DNA of 64,000 bases from assembly GCA_002104905.1 (NCBI GenBank), contig MCFE01000509.1:896-64895 (forward strand), written 5' to 3'. The DNA comes from Basidiobolus meristosporus CBS 931.73. Its lineage: Eukaryota; Fungi; Basidiobolomycota. Shown here one piece after another: positions 40,501 to 52,580 of the stretch (positions are counted from its first letter, which is position 1; the number at the start of each line of letters is the position of its first letter). The translations under genes and the position numbers were made by a program. Under the pieces are notes generated by a model. The model did no database searches and had not been told where the DNA came from. It saw only the letters and a list, made by a program, of their open reading frames with translations.

Positions 40501-41046
40501 TTAATGTCTGTTTCCACTGAAATATCTCACTTTGAAGTGGCGACGAGCAGATCTCTTATACTTCTTGTACCCACCTCTAAGAGCACGCGCTGCTGGCTGA
40601 GTGATGATAATTTGTGGCTGTTGCTGCTTGGGCTGGTACAGGGTTTGATCAATGACTTGCGCTTGGTCGAATTGGTTTGAGTTGGACAAGGCATTGGCTT
40701 TACTGGAGGAATGGCCATTGATTTTGTCCAGCAAGGCTTGGGATGGTTGAAGATTGGAAATATCGAACTCTTGCAACCCAGAGAATCCTGGCTGCTCATC
40801 CGAAGTCTCGCTTGTCTGCATTGGCTCACTCATCTCCGAATCATCCCCCTCCTCAGTTGACGGCTGGTATTCTTGACTGGGGGCCGAAGTGTCCTGATAA
40901 CAAGCACCCTGTTGTTCGACGCATGGCTCATTGGTGAAGGCTACCGGGGAGTCACCGAGTGGGGTAGCGGAGATTGCTTGCAATGAAGCGATGGCGGAAA
41001 CTAGCAAGAGGAAGGAAAGCTGCATGACTGGCTGGTGGAGTCTCAT
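40501..41046 (-). CDS. Secreted family A protein (174-181 aa, intact)
   Basis: Signal MQLSFLLLVSAIASLQAISA|TP, an acidic low-complexity middle, the DQTLYQP motif and a basic C-terminal tail (KKYKRSARRH). Confidence 0.75.
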   Translation of the reverse strand: MRLHQPVMQLSFLLLVSAIASLQAISATPLGDSPVAFTNEPCVEQQGACYQDTSAPSQEYQPSTEEGDDSEMSEPMQTSETSDEQPGFSGLQEFDISNLQPSQALLDKINGHSSSKANALSNSNQFDQAQVIDQTLYQPKQQQPQIIITQPAARALRGGYKKYKRSARRHFKVRYFSGNRH

Positions 41047-42368
41047 GCGAATTTTGCCGATTTATATCACCTCGATCCCACTCAATTAGGCTTCATTCAT
41101 GGCGCTAGCTTTATGCGAGCTAGATTGATTTAACCTTTGCTACTTTACCTCTTCGTACCAAGGCTACACAGTATAGGCTGCACTTCAAAGTGTAAAGAAT
41201 GAGGGCGATCTGGTCAATGATATCCTTAATATCATTCACAATTCTCAGTTTTTGCAATAGCTATCCATATTGGTAAGGACTTTGGTAATTGTTTACTAAT
41301 GAGCCTAAACATTACCGTCGATAGCTCCAAGGTGAATTCGGTCAATTTCAGCGGGTTTTGGTACTCCCTTTGTATCAGTGTAGCTTTCCTGTATGGTACT
41401 TTGTCCTGTGAGCTTGGTATCTTTGTTACATCTTTAAGGCAAGTATCTCTTACAATAGTCCTATCATTGCCTGGAAGGTATTGTCCTTTGGTAGTGTTGT
41501 TTTCTTGCTATACACATGCTTATATATATTGCTGAACTGACCCTGCCGCAACTGGAGAGCAACCACCACAGTCAAGCTTTGGGGCAGGCGTATCAAATTA
41601 ACCTGTTATTACGAGAACCTAGGGCTGTTGCTGATTGGTGAACAATACGACTGTCCTGGGGTGTACAGGACATTACAGGCAAGAATAAATTGGTTAGTTG
41701 TTTGCCAAGAGTTGGGGATATTGAGTGGATAGTGCTTGGGATAGTTGAGGCTGCCTTGGAATTTCTTGTTGTAGTACACGCGTTTTCTATTAGTTATTTG
41801 TCAAGAAACAAGCCAAATGTGACTGTTCACTTTATTTGTGTTACGCTTTATCTATGCTGCTACAATCAATATCTTGAATGGCGATGCTTTCTTGCAAGAC
41901 ACAGGCACTTATCTATCGCAAACTTTACCCTGCCACAGATGGAGTACAGCGTCGGATTAAGAGCTCAGCCACCGACTACCACGGTCATTCTTTTGGGCAG
42001 GTTGATTATATAACCTGTTATTTCAAGAACAGACTCATTGCTGATTGGTGCAAATCCTTGTCACCAATGACCGGCATGGTGCATAGAGACGGTGCCGGCA
42101 TGAAGGAAATATTCATGGATGTGTTTAGCTAGTACTGGTTTCCTCGGGTAATGTTGCAGATTTGGCCTCAACTGTAACCATTCATGATTTCTGGATTATT
42201 TCTCCAAGCTTGGCCTAAGACTCAGCACTTTAGGTGGGAAGCCGCTATACTTAGTAGAAAAGGGCACATGAAGCAGCCAACACTAAGCCACCAGCTGGAT
42301 AAGGTGATATAAAGCAGCAGGTGTGGGCTTGTCAGTCTCAAGACTTATTGCACTCCACTTTCTCAGCC

Positions 42369-42587
42369 ATGGTATCCGATCAAGAAGCCCGTTTGTATTC
42401 TGCCGATGTCAGAGAAGAAATTTCCAGAGCCAAGAGAGCTAACAACGGGAACTACGCCTCAGTCACAGTCAAAGGGATTCGCTGGACTTGGAGAGGACCC
42501 GGAACTGGCGAGCTGTCCTTCAAGCAGATCCTCGAAGGAAGAAAGGGGACCGCCTGCGTGGATAGCCAGACATGGGTAATCTCGTAG
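42369..42587 (+). CDS. Small hypothetical protein (72 aa, no signal peptide)
   Basis: MVSDQEARLYSADVREEISRAKRANNGNYASV...W. TATAAA lies ~55 nt upstream, and a disrupted paralogue is at 55218-55433. Confidence 0.55.
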   Translation: MVSDQEARLYSADVREEISRAKRANNGNYASVTVKGIRWTWRGPGTGELSFKQILEGRKGTACVDSQTWVIS

Positions 42588-43249
42588 GGTTTGGTTGGTG
42601 CCTACTTAGCCGGTGGACTCTTGGAGATGTTGCTGTTATGGATATTTAGCTAAAGCATTGTGAAATAAATGAGTTCAAATCCGCGTTCCTTTGACCCAGC
42701 TGTATTACGCTCATTGCACTGTGAGCATCTAACATATGTGTGAACTGCTACTTTGATTGTTCAAGTGTTTTGATCAGATATACGTGTACAACTGCCGTGT
42801 ACAGGCATCCGTTCCAGCAATCAGTATCGTGTCGCACGCTCCGCACTTCTGAAGACAATTCTTTTCTGTTGCGGTCAATATGATATGGCACCCCTGAGGT
42901 CTTTGCTTTTGCCTTAGTAGCGTTGGCTTCCTTTAGAAAAGGCTTTGTTTAATTCCTGTTACCAAACAACCTAGAACTCAACATATATCCTAAATAACCT
43001 TGAGACCGTTAAGCATCTATTAGCAGGACACCACTTTGAATCTGTAACAGCTATTGCGCTGATCTATGTTAGTGCTGAAGAAATCAACGTGTTTCTAAGC
43101 AGGAAAAATAGATTATCTAGAACTCTTATTTTGAGTCCTCCTGCAGCCATATAGGTATTTTGCTAGATTTGTTTTACCCTGATATCACGCAAATACTGTC
43201 TATTGGCAGTTTATGTATTTGGGAGCTTGCCTGTAGGTTAAGTGATCCT

Positions 43250-43342
43250 AATAGGGTGAATAGGGTGAATAGGGTGAATAGGGTGAATAGGGTGAATAGG
43301 GTGAATAGGGTGAATAGGGTGAATAGGGTGAATAGGGTGAAT
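43250..43342 (+). repeat. Perfect 9-bp tandem repeat (AATAGGGTG) x10 plus AAT
   Basis: Read directly from the sequence. Confidence 0.98.
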
Positions 43343-43710
43343 CACCTTTCACAAGATTTGGTAATATGCTATCATGAAATTCACACCCAAGTATTACTGT
43401 TGGAAGCACTAGTGTAGGTTGATAATCTGTAAACAAAACAGGAAGCATCAAACAGAAGCACTAAGACTAATTAGTGATTATAATGGTATCCCAGGCCCTG
43501 ATCTTATGGGAATAAATAGTCACATACATCTACTAGTGTATTTATACTTATTGTCCAGCATCCACCAGAGGCTTTTGACAGAGTAGCACTGTTATTTATA
43601 CCGTTGAAAATGATGTGCAGCACACACACTGTTTACTTCTTTATCCAGCTACTTTGTATACTTGAATTATTGCTAGCATTCAACATTCAACGTAATAGAT
43701 TTATTGATTA

Positions 43711-43908
43711 TCAGATACAGCATCTCTGGCCAGACTTGCATCCAGTATCCCAGAACACGGATCTCCAACCGGTGGGGCAGCTACCGGAAATGCACAAGGA
43801 GCCTCTTGAGTTCCCTTGGGCTTGGCACGAGAGAGCATCTACGGAGCCGGAACTGGAGCTGGCCACAAGGAAGGCGACCATCAAGGAGACTGCAAATTTC
43901 TTCATCAT
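43711..43908 (-). CDS. Six-Cys secreted peptide, beta-defensin-like, copy 1
   Basis: A 25-aa signal ending VDA, then a 40-aa mature peptide LSCQAQGNSRGSLCISGSCPTGWRSVFWDTGCKSGQRCCI. TATATA lies ~55 nt upstream. Confidence 0.85.
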   Translation of the reverse strand: MMKKFAVSLMVAFLVASSSSGSVDALSCQAQGNSRGSLCISGSCPTGWRSVFWDTGCKSGQRCCI

Positions 43909-44964
43909 TGTTTTGATTGAGAGATTAGTGTGTGAATGATGTCTAGCAGCAAGATTAGCTCAATATATAGGCGTCATTTCCCCATTGTTGCACATACTTT
44001 TGTCAATAGTTGTCTACGAATGGTTGTACAAGAGAAGAAGGTTACCTGGGTAATGTAAACCAGTTCCAGGAAATTATATGTATTGATGGCCAACATCAAA
44101 AGAGCAGTAGCATTGAAATGGTATTTCTCGTATGGCATAGTGTCACCTCTTTATTCAAACATATAAATGATGCGGCAATAATATGCAAAATCAAAGGTAG
44201 CAATCCTTGAACTGGGCTGCTCATCACATTTTGTGCCACACAGCTTTTGCCGTGCAATACACTCATCTACGAAGAATGTTCTAAATGCAGTACCACACGG
44301 CTGAAAGTAAGCCTTCCCTGTTAGTTTCAAGTGTAGAACTACTTTGCCGGTAGTTCATTAGATAATTTATTAGGTAGATACAACATCTTTGGTGTCCCGG
44401 AATACCAACCTTTGACCAACACCTGAAGGGCGCAAGTAGAGAGTGTCAACACAGCTGGCCTCAATAATGGCAGGTAAGGAGAGTTGTAATCTGTAAAGTA
44501 AACAAGTACTCTTGAAGCATGTGCAATATAGGTCATTACGTACACTGCTAATTATCCTTCCTCTGTGCAAAGCACTCACTCAACGGCTGTTGTGGCTAGG
44601 CAGTCTGTAACAATGGAATATGTAAACCAGCTCTTTACATGAATAACAATGTAATGGTTACATTCACTCTACTTATTGACAGTTATAGCAATCATGATAT
44701 GCAGCATTGTTGCTTATACAGTGTAAATGATATATAGCACTGCGGCGAACAACAGTTCAATAGACGGTTCCCAATACAGTTGCACATATTAAGCCCCAAA
44801 GATGAGACCAGCATATTTTGCTGCACTATTGGCTCCCATTATACTGCTATATAGTTGCTGCTTGCTTCTTAAGCACTAATCTCCGTACATACAATACGGC
44901 TTGTCTCTAGCATCTGCATTGTCATGTGTACGCTCCACATTGAACATATTGGATTTATTGATTA

Positions 44965-45162
44965 TCAGATACAGCATCTCTGGCCAGACTTGCATCCGGT
45001 ATCCCAGAATACTGATCTCCAACCGGTGGGGCAGCCACCGGAAACGCACAAGGAGCCTCTTGAGTTCCCTTGGGCTTGGCACGAGAGAGCATCTACGGAG
45101 CCAGAGCTGGAGCTGACCACAAGAAAGGCGACCATCAGGGAGACTGCAAACTTCTTCATCAT
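44965..45162 (-). CDS. Six-Cys secreted peptide, beta-defensin-like, copy 2
   Basis: Intact; mature variant LCVSGGCP. Confidence 0.85.
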   Translation of the reverse strand: MMKKFAVSLMVAFLVVSSSSGSVDALSCQAQGNSRGSLCVSGGCPTGWRSVFWDTGCKSGQRCCI

Positions 45163-46236
45163 TGTTTTGATTGAGAGATTAGTGTGTGAATGATATCTAG
45201 CAGCAGGGTTGGCTCAATATATAGGCGTCATTTCCACATTGTTGTACATACTTTTGTCAATAGTTGCTGTGGCTAGCTCTACGAATGGTTATACAAGAGA
45301 AGAAGGTTACCTGGGTAATGTAAACCAGTTCCACAGAGCTGCAGCATTGAGATGATATTAATACACAAAAACAAATTGGCAATCCATGAACCAGGTTGCT
45401 CATCAGACATGCCATATGTAGTGGTAGTTCTACACCAATAAAGCATCTTTGGCCTCTAACTGGAAAGTAAATCAAGACCTCAAGATGCATAGACAATCTT
45501 GATAATCACGTTTATTGTAACACGTACTTTCCATGACTGTTGTGGCTAAGCAGTCTGTGGCAACAGAATGAGTGTGGATACATTGATTACAGTCAAATCT
45601 ACCATTTGAGACTTAAAGCGGTAATGATATTCAATCGAGATATGCAAAGTCCTAGGTAACACTGTCGCTTATAAAGTATAAATGAATCTTGATTTTTAAG
45701 CCTTTGCAATAAAACGCAAGTATTTGATATAACTTTAGTGTTTGTAACGACTTGCATTGATTTTGCTACAAGTAAATATAGATATGAGATTGCTGTCCCA
45801 CTTGGGAATTGAAATATGTTGTATTCTTTACAACGACTTACCCGATAATTCATTAGATAATTTATTAGGTAGATACAACATCTTTGGTGTTCCGGAATAT
45901 CAATAACCCAAACTTTGACTTGTGCCTGAAGGGCGCAAGTAGAGAGTGTCAACACAACTGGCCTCCATAATGGCAGGTAAGGAAAGTTGTAACATGTAAA
46001 ATAAGCAAGTCCTCTGGACGCATGAGCAATATAGGTCATTATGTACACTGTTACTTATCCTTCCTCTGTGCAAAACACTCACTCACATAAAGAGGAGGCT
46101 AACATATTTTGCTACACTTTGGCTATATAGTTGCTGCTTGCTTCTTAAGCGCCAATCTCCAAATACTCTGTCCTGTTTCTAGCATCTGCATTATTGTGTG
46201 TAAATTCAACATTGAACATATTGGATTTATTAACTA

Positions 46237-46434
46237 TCAGATACAGCATCTTTGGCCAGACTTGCATCCAGTATCCCAGAACACGGATCTCCAACCGGTG
46301 GGGCAGCTACCGGAAACGCACAAGGAGCCTCTTGAGTTCCCTTGGGCTTGGCACGAGAGAGCATCTACGGAGCCGGAACTGGAGCTGGCCACAAGGAAGG
46401 CGACCATCAAGGAGACTGCAAATTTTTTCAGCAT
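46237..46434 (-). CDS. Six-Cys secreted peptide, beta-defensin-like, copy 3
   Basis: Intact with an ATG start (MLKKF); mature variant LCVSGSCP. Confidence 0.85.
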   Translation of the reverse strand: MLKKFAVSLMVAFLVASSSSGSVDALSCQAQGNSRGSLCVSGSCPTGWRSVFWDTGCKSGQRCCI

Positions 46435-49142
46435 TGTTTTGATTGAGAGCTTAGTGTGTGAATGATGTCTAGCAGCAAGGTGAGCTCAATATATAAGCGT
46501 CATTTCCCCATTTTTGCACATACTTTCGTCAAGTTTATCCGCAGCTTACATTAATAAGACTTTACCCATGGAAATACACGCTGAAGATTAAGACATTTAC
46601 CATCTGGACACTAACTGCCCGATCCTCTTTCCCTCATATCCCGACATGTGCTTGTGCATCTCACATGTATTGATTAATACAAGTGCGTTATTAGACTTTT
46701 AGGTAGCATTGGTATTGCCACTATTGCCCTACTTAGAGTTGAACCAAGAGTACTGGTGAAATGAGCAAAGTGCCATTTAATGAATCAATAAGTGCTGCTC
46801 ATTGTCCTTGTCAAGCCACAACAAAATATTCGGTTAGGCCATCAATCCATTCAAGTTGTTCATGTCTCTAGAGCGGTGCATCAGCTGTGGGTTATGTCTT
46901 GGCATAGTGGTGGGCTGACATGATAGACCCGAATCGAGGCTACATTCACTGCGTTGGTGGCAAGAAAACTGAGTATGTAACACCGCAGGTTTGTTCATTC
47001 ATTTCAATGAAGCCTTTTTGGATGAGAAATAGAAGTACGATAACAACCATGCATCCTTAATACTTCGGTGTATGCGTTGGTATGTCAGCCAAACTCCACA
47101 CTTTCCATTGTAAGATGAGCTATGGGGAATCAAGTCGGCAATCTCCAGAATAACCGTGTCAAACACTCTTCTTCCGGATTGAGCGTTTTCTTTGGCGCAT
47201 TTGTCTACCCATAGACCATGGTTACTGAGATGTGAGTGTAGTATACAACAATGCAAGGCATATTCTACGAGAACACGTACGCTTTTGGACCTGACTTACC
47301 GGAGTAAGGACTTCACCTTTGAAACAGTGTCTGTGGTACTAGGGGATATGTGGTACTAGGGGATCAAGCTAGAAGCGAGATAAATAGATTGATGATTACA
47401 ATGCCTCTCTGTACCCCCCCCCCACTGACCCTATGCCCCAGCACAGATAGCTATTGCCCGAAATCATTACGCAGGAGTGTCACCATACAGTCATTCCTGA
47501 GGTATGTGAGTGTGGTATGGGTCTACTAAGGAACAGTAAAGGTAACTTAAAGCGATGGTAATGAATATTAAAGCATTGTAATAAATAATCTCAATCCCAT
47601 AACTCTTAGCCCCTTCATTCTATCTTTCGCTAAATTTGGATTTTCGAACAAGTGAGAAGTTGGGTAGAGTGGCGTCTATCTGTAGCTCAAGCTTCTGGAG
47701 AACTGGTTGGGTGAAGGCTTGAGTAGTGGGTCCCTGCTGATGATTTCGATCCATGTCGAGGGCGTTGTCCTCTGGAGCCTAGTGTTGACATTGGCATCTT
47801 CAAGTAATTGCGAGATGGCAAGGTTATTAAAGACTTGGGGAACGCGTGAGGCTGGCAACAGAGCAACGAAAACCAAGCGCACTGGAGCAGTCAGAGGTTG
47901 GCAAGTCTGAGTGGATGGTCACCAGTAGCCGCTACAATAAAGTTCGACTACCGACTTACTCTTTTCCGATTTTTATGCAAAGTTGTGTGCCCGCTTAAAC
48001 ATTCAGTTATGAATTTTGATTTTAAAGATCAGAAAACTGTAATCGTAATCAAACAAGTATGTCATTTTGCAATCAAAATTTTAAGTATTTTTCTTTTCTT
48101 TGCTTGCTGATTTTCAATATGAATATGTAGCGAGAGAGATTGGTATTTTGATTTGATTTTTGAATGATATTTGGTTAACAACAAGCTGTCAGAATGTGCA
48201 GACCGTCCTCGCCAGGCTGTTGGAATAATCAACCGGCAAGTTCATCAACTGAACAGGTCCTAAGGTCCCGAAAGACCGATCGGCCACTGTTCACACTTCC
48301 CTTTACGGACAGCGCACTACATCTCATCTACCAGCTTGGTATTAGTGTCTTTGTTGGGAAACAAAGACTGGGAATGTACTATATACATAATCCTGTAAAG
48401 TACAGTCGTAACGATACCAAACGACAGATGCCCCCTATTTATAGGGAAAAAATCGATAAAAATTTTCACTCATTTCGTGGCCAAATCCCATAATATTGAA
48501 ATCGACGAAAATAACAGTATTATATATACTACTCCGGACTAGAGTAATTGACTATGAAATAACCAACTACGTAAGAACAGTGCCATTCCTGTGTGCACGC
48601 TTCAAGCCCTTGCTTGAGAAATCGTAGTATGAGTCATTTTGCGTCTCACGAATAATGCAATCGTATGTTGACTTGAACCAAAAATCACATTTACGGCAAT
48701 TTAACCCCCAATATCGATACAACTATTTACAGATCGATGGAATGAGTACACAAACATTGAAACTGGCGCTAAATAGAGCTCACTGACATCTTGAGGTAGG
48801 AGCCCACCAGTTCTCCAAATGCGGTAGTTGATACACAACGCTGATTGAGCTTCTCTACCCGGCTATGTTGCATGCACTATTTACCCTTGCACCAACCAAA
48901 TGTAAAGTGTCCCTGTTCCTCCGGTGTGTGTCGTTGTGGGGTATTGCCAAATGTCGATTCTTTTTGGACTGGTACACCGTGTCTACCGTGGATTGATAGT
49001 CTATGATACTGTGAGAGTAGGGTAGTCGCGCAAAGAGGGCTTATTTGTCTTGCATACTCAATATTCTCAGTTAAGGCTGATTTATCTATTAGGTGCAATT
49101 GTCAGCACAATGAGTGTATTGAATATTTTGTTCTTTCACACA

Positions 49143-49571
49143 TTATGTCTCTGTTACTGGGGTTGTGTACTGTACATCTTGGGTGGGCTGCATCAGAACG
49201 TAGGGAGAGAAAGAACTATAGTCCTTTTGCTTGGCATATTCTAATGCGTTGCCCCGACCCTCCAGTTTAAGACTGGGCCCTGCTTGATACTTGACATTGA
49301 AGCCCTTATTGCTGTTGGCATTAGCAATGCTCAGGCTATCTTGCTTTCTGGTCACGGTGGTGAAAACCTGACGCAATAACGGGGATCGGACATTGGGTGT
49401 CTTAAAAACAGGCAAAACTCGAACGTTTTGGTGGTAATCGGTCGCATACTGTACACATGGTAAACTGCGATAATGAACCCTTCTATACTCGCGAGTGCAT
49501 GAAGAAGAACAGCCGATTGGGGCAGCAACGGCAACTTGATTCGCGGCAAGGCCTACAGTAATAAAGCGCAT
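49143..49571 (-). CDS. Secreted family B paralogue (open frame, eroded signal peptide)
   Basis: MRFITVGLAANQVAVAAPIGCSSSCTREY...; has small deletions relative to 39642-40139. Confidence 0.6.
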   Translation of the reverse strand: MRFITVGLAANQVAVAAPIGCSSSCTREYRRVHYRSLPCVQYATDYHQNVRVLPVFKTPNVRSPLLRQVFTTVTRKQDSLSIANANSNKGFNVKYQAGPSLKLEGRGNALEYAKQKDYSSFSPYVLMQPTQDVQYTTPVTET

Positions 49572-50102
49572 GTGGAGCGAATAACGTATTTGTGGGCTGT
49601 TGTATAGCATACAACATGGGTCAGCTGGGAAAATTGCTATTATATATTTCATTGATTAATCAGGTCATTACTCACACAATTATTATACTTTTCGAGTACT
49701 ATCGGTATTTTGCATTCCCTTCACTCGTTATTTTTTCAATTTTCTTCCATTATTTTGTGGAACTCATCATGATTTTCTGGAGTATACTAGTGCTAATCCT
49801 AGTATCTTTGAAGTGGCGACGAGCAGATCTCTTATACTTCATGCTGGCTGAGTGATGATAATTTGTGCAAGAGGAAGGAAGGCTGCATGACTGACTGGTG
49901 AAGTCATGCGGACTCTCCCGATCCCACACAATAGCTTTATGCGAGCTAGATTAATTTAACCTGGGTGCCTCGCGTTTGCTACTTTACTTATGTGAGACAG
50001 TGCATACACGAAATAGTAATCAGCATTTAATTTCAACCAAGTGCTTTATAGTATAAAGCTAGCAGTAGACAATGAGAATGTAGACGTTGGGAAGAGTGAT
50101 GC

Positions 50103-50767
50103 TTAAAAGAGGGCACAGTAGTTCTTGGCGCAATTAGTGTTGTCAAAAACGCAGTCCGAGTCCTTGGTGCATGTCTGATACTCGGAGCCACTGCAAAAAG
50201 ACTTTAGCGTTAGTAAGAATGCAAACTTACTAAACCTTTGGATATTGTTGATGTAACACCACTCTGGTGCACTTTGCGGGGTGCTACATATCCAATACCA
50301 AACGAGATAATCCCTACTCCTCCATGGCACTGAATACCTTGTAAGTTACTGTTTCTGTACAGGAAATTCCATGGCAACTTACCCTTCTCCAGCAGTAGCC
50401 TTTGTTACAGCCGCAAATATCCTTGCTGCCTTTTTGCTTAGTAATCCCACAGACGAGGTTTGAGCTTTTTGCTGTCTGCTCAAAGCGATCCAGGGCATCA
50501 AAAAATACGTCAAGAGCACGCTTTGCCACACTATTGCTCGGTGCTCCCAGGCTTTGAGTAAACTCCTGGATCATCTTCACACATTCCGCAAACCTCACTT
50601 CCTTACCAGCGGGAATGGCCTTGAGTGAGGATGGAAATTCTTCACTACATGCCTTTACGTCTTTATATAGCTCCACATACTCGGAGGTTGCCGTAATACT
50701 GGGCTGGTCGCGGTCAAGAGGAGCGGTAAAAGAGGATGCCGGCTAAGAGGATATTTCTGAAAAGCAT
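50103..50767 (-). pseudogene. Secreted protein with a helical N-domain and Cys-rich C-domain; two probable introns and two frameshifts
   Basis: MLFRNILLAGILF(fs)APLDRDQ...CGITKQKGSKDICGCNKGYCWRR, then an intron (GTAAGT..CAG), then CHGGVGIISFGIGYVAP(fs)PQSAPEWCYINNIQ, a second intron, and SGSEYQTCTKDSDCVFDNTNCAKNYCALF. A deleted paralogue lies at ~38190-38390. Confidence 0.55.
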
Positions 50768-51638
50768 TTTGTCGTTAAGTGTTTCTTGAATGGTCACTCC
50801 TCTTTGGGCTTTATATTTGTACATGTGTATCTTCTTAGTTCCCACGACTATCAATCACTAAGTTTCAGGTCATACAACATGCAGGTACTGGCGACTTTAT
50901 ATTAAATTGGTAATCCACCTTTGGTAATCCACCTGGAGGTTTAGTCTTTCAAGCGAAATACGCATGATTTGTCGTATTTTTGTATTTCAGGTACATGCAA
51001 CTGAATGACTACAATATCGTCAAGAAAAGTCACCCAATTATGAGTAACCAAAGCTATTTTGAAATCGGATTATTATTTGCATTGATCTTTTATTACATAC
51101 AGATTATATTTTTCCAGATAGACTTCGATACATTTGCTGTTGAACAACTAGCTGATATTGGGCTAAGATTCTTTTCGAACAACTAGCGGATATTGCTTTG
51201 CTTTTTTGAGGATGGTTCTTGTTTGCACCCATAATTGCAATAATCCTTTGATTGGCCATAAAGCTGGTTCAGTCGTTGATATAGAATGCCAAAGTGCCTT
51301 TTTTAGCAAGGAAGGCCTTGAGCCGCTAAAGTAAGGCTAGGATGACTAGTTTTAGAGAATCTTCAACTACCACAATAGGTGCTAAGATATGTGGGCTTGC
51401 CGTTAATATTGAACAGTCCAGTTTATAAAGTAGCACTTTACTATGTAATCATAACCAACAGCAGTGGATTCGACGGGGTGGTATGAGAAGATGATAGGGT
51501 TCTCAATTCTAACTCCTTTATTTCATTGTTTGCTTCGTATTTTTACCTTATTGTGAGTGTATGCGATTTGTCTTTTCTTTGTACGCGTTGATGTCACTTA
51601 ACATCGACTGACTCCTTACTTTATATCAAGAACAAGCT

Positions 51639-51670
51639 GGTGAGATCACAGTCTCTTCGGAGGCTCATCA
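51639..51670 (+). pseudogene. Collapsed tRNA-Leu pseudogene
   Basis: AACAAGCT-GGTGAG-ATCACAGTCTCTTCGGAGGC-TCATCA is the 39193 tRNA with the D/anticodon arms and the T-arm deleted, in the same flanking context. Confidence 0.85.
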
Positions 51671-52580
51671 CTTTTATTATATTCCGATTGCAGCAACTTT
51701 AAGAGGAGATGCTAACAGTCACTGAGCAGTCTGACAATCTCGAATACTTGTGGAACACTACCAGATGTTCTCTCTAATATCAACCTTTTCGGTGGAGGGC
51801 AGCATTACTAAAGACTGGGGGTGAGTATTTTAGTACGTAAGTGAATATCTAATATTAATGCCCGCAGCTCTGATCATGATACAGGTGCGTGCAAGTAAAA
51901 AGCTGATCACAAGTAACAACAAGTATAAGAATGTCATTTGAATTTTATTGATTGAAAATTTTCTTATAGATTATAGCATTTGGCCATGTTTTAGTTGTGA
52001 ACATTGTATAATAGATGCTATACTCCTCTCACTTGAGCTAAGATTCATGATTAAGTTCGAACAAAGTAAAGTTAACCTGACTAAATTAAAGAATCTTAAC
52101 ATGTAACTACTATCAGGAGCTAAAATATATGGTCGTACTGTTAGGGTAGAACGTAGGAATTCGGTGCGCCAGATTTCCGAAATAGGTACCAACATGAATG
52201 CCTGTATAACGGTCTAATTTATAAATATCAGTTTTCTCGAGCTGAACTCTTTACTACGCCATATCTCCTAGGTTTGTGCATTGATCATATTATGACTAGC
52301 ATCAGTGTCTTGAACGACCATTATTGACTACCCTGTATTGATATTACATATCAACTGTGAATAGCAATTCATTGGCTTTAAGTTCAATTTAGCCTGCCAA
52401 ACTCGGGATTTTGTGTGTATTTACTAAGTAAAGGGTTAATGATCGTAAACTCAAACTGCCTTTTCTTCAAGATAAACAGACACTAATGGATAACAACAGA
52501 GGTAATAAGTAAACATACCACAAGAGCCTTACCTTTCCAAATGCTTAGCTCGAATACTAGCGGCATTCAAGCGTATTTGA

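Noticed and set aside
41299-42132. Locally duplicated segment (41565-41640 and 41970-42050) with weak kinase-like words
   Set aside because: No HRD or DFG-like motifs and inconsistent frames; left unannotated.
43250-43342. CRISPR array
   Set aside because: Contiguous identical units with no spacers, in a eukaryotic context.
43160-43451. ORFs encoding (NRV)n or (SPY)n repeats, the latter superficially like the RNA Pol II CTD
   Set aside because: Simply translations of the 9-bp minisatellite; the paralogous locus lacks them.
43604-46465. Plus-strand ORFs of 70-118 aa over the peptide genes
   Set aside because: Antisense shadows: their lengths and starts differ between copies, whereas the minus-strand 65-aa frame is conserved in all three.
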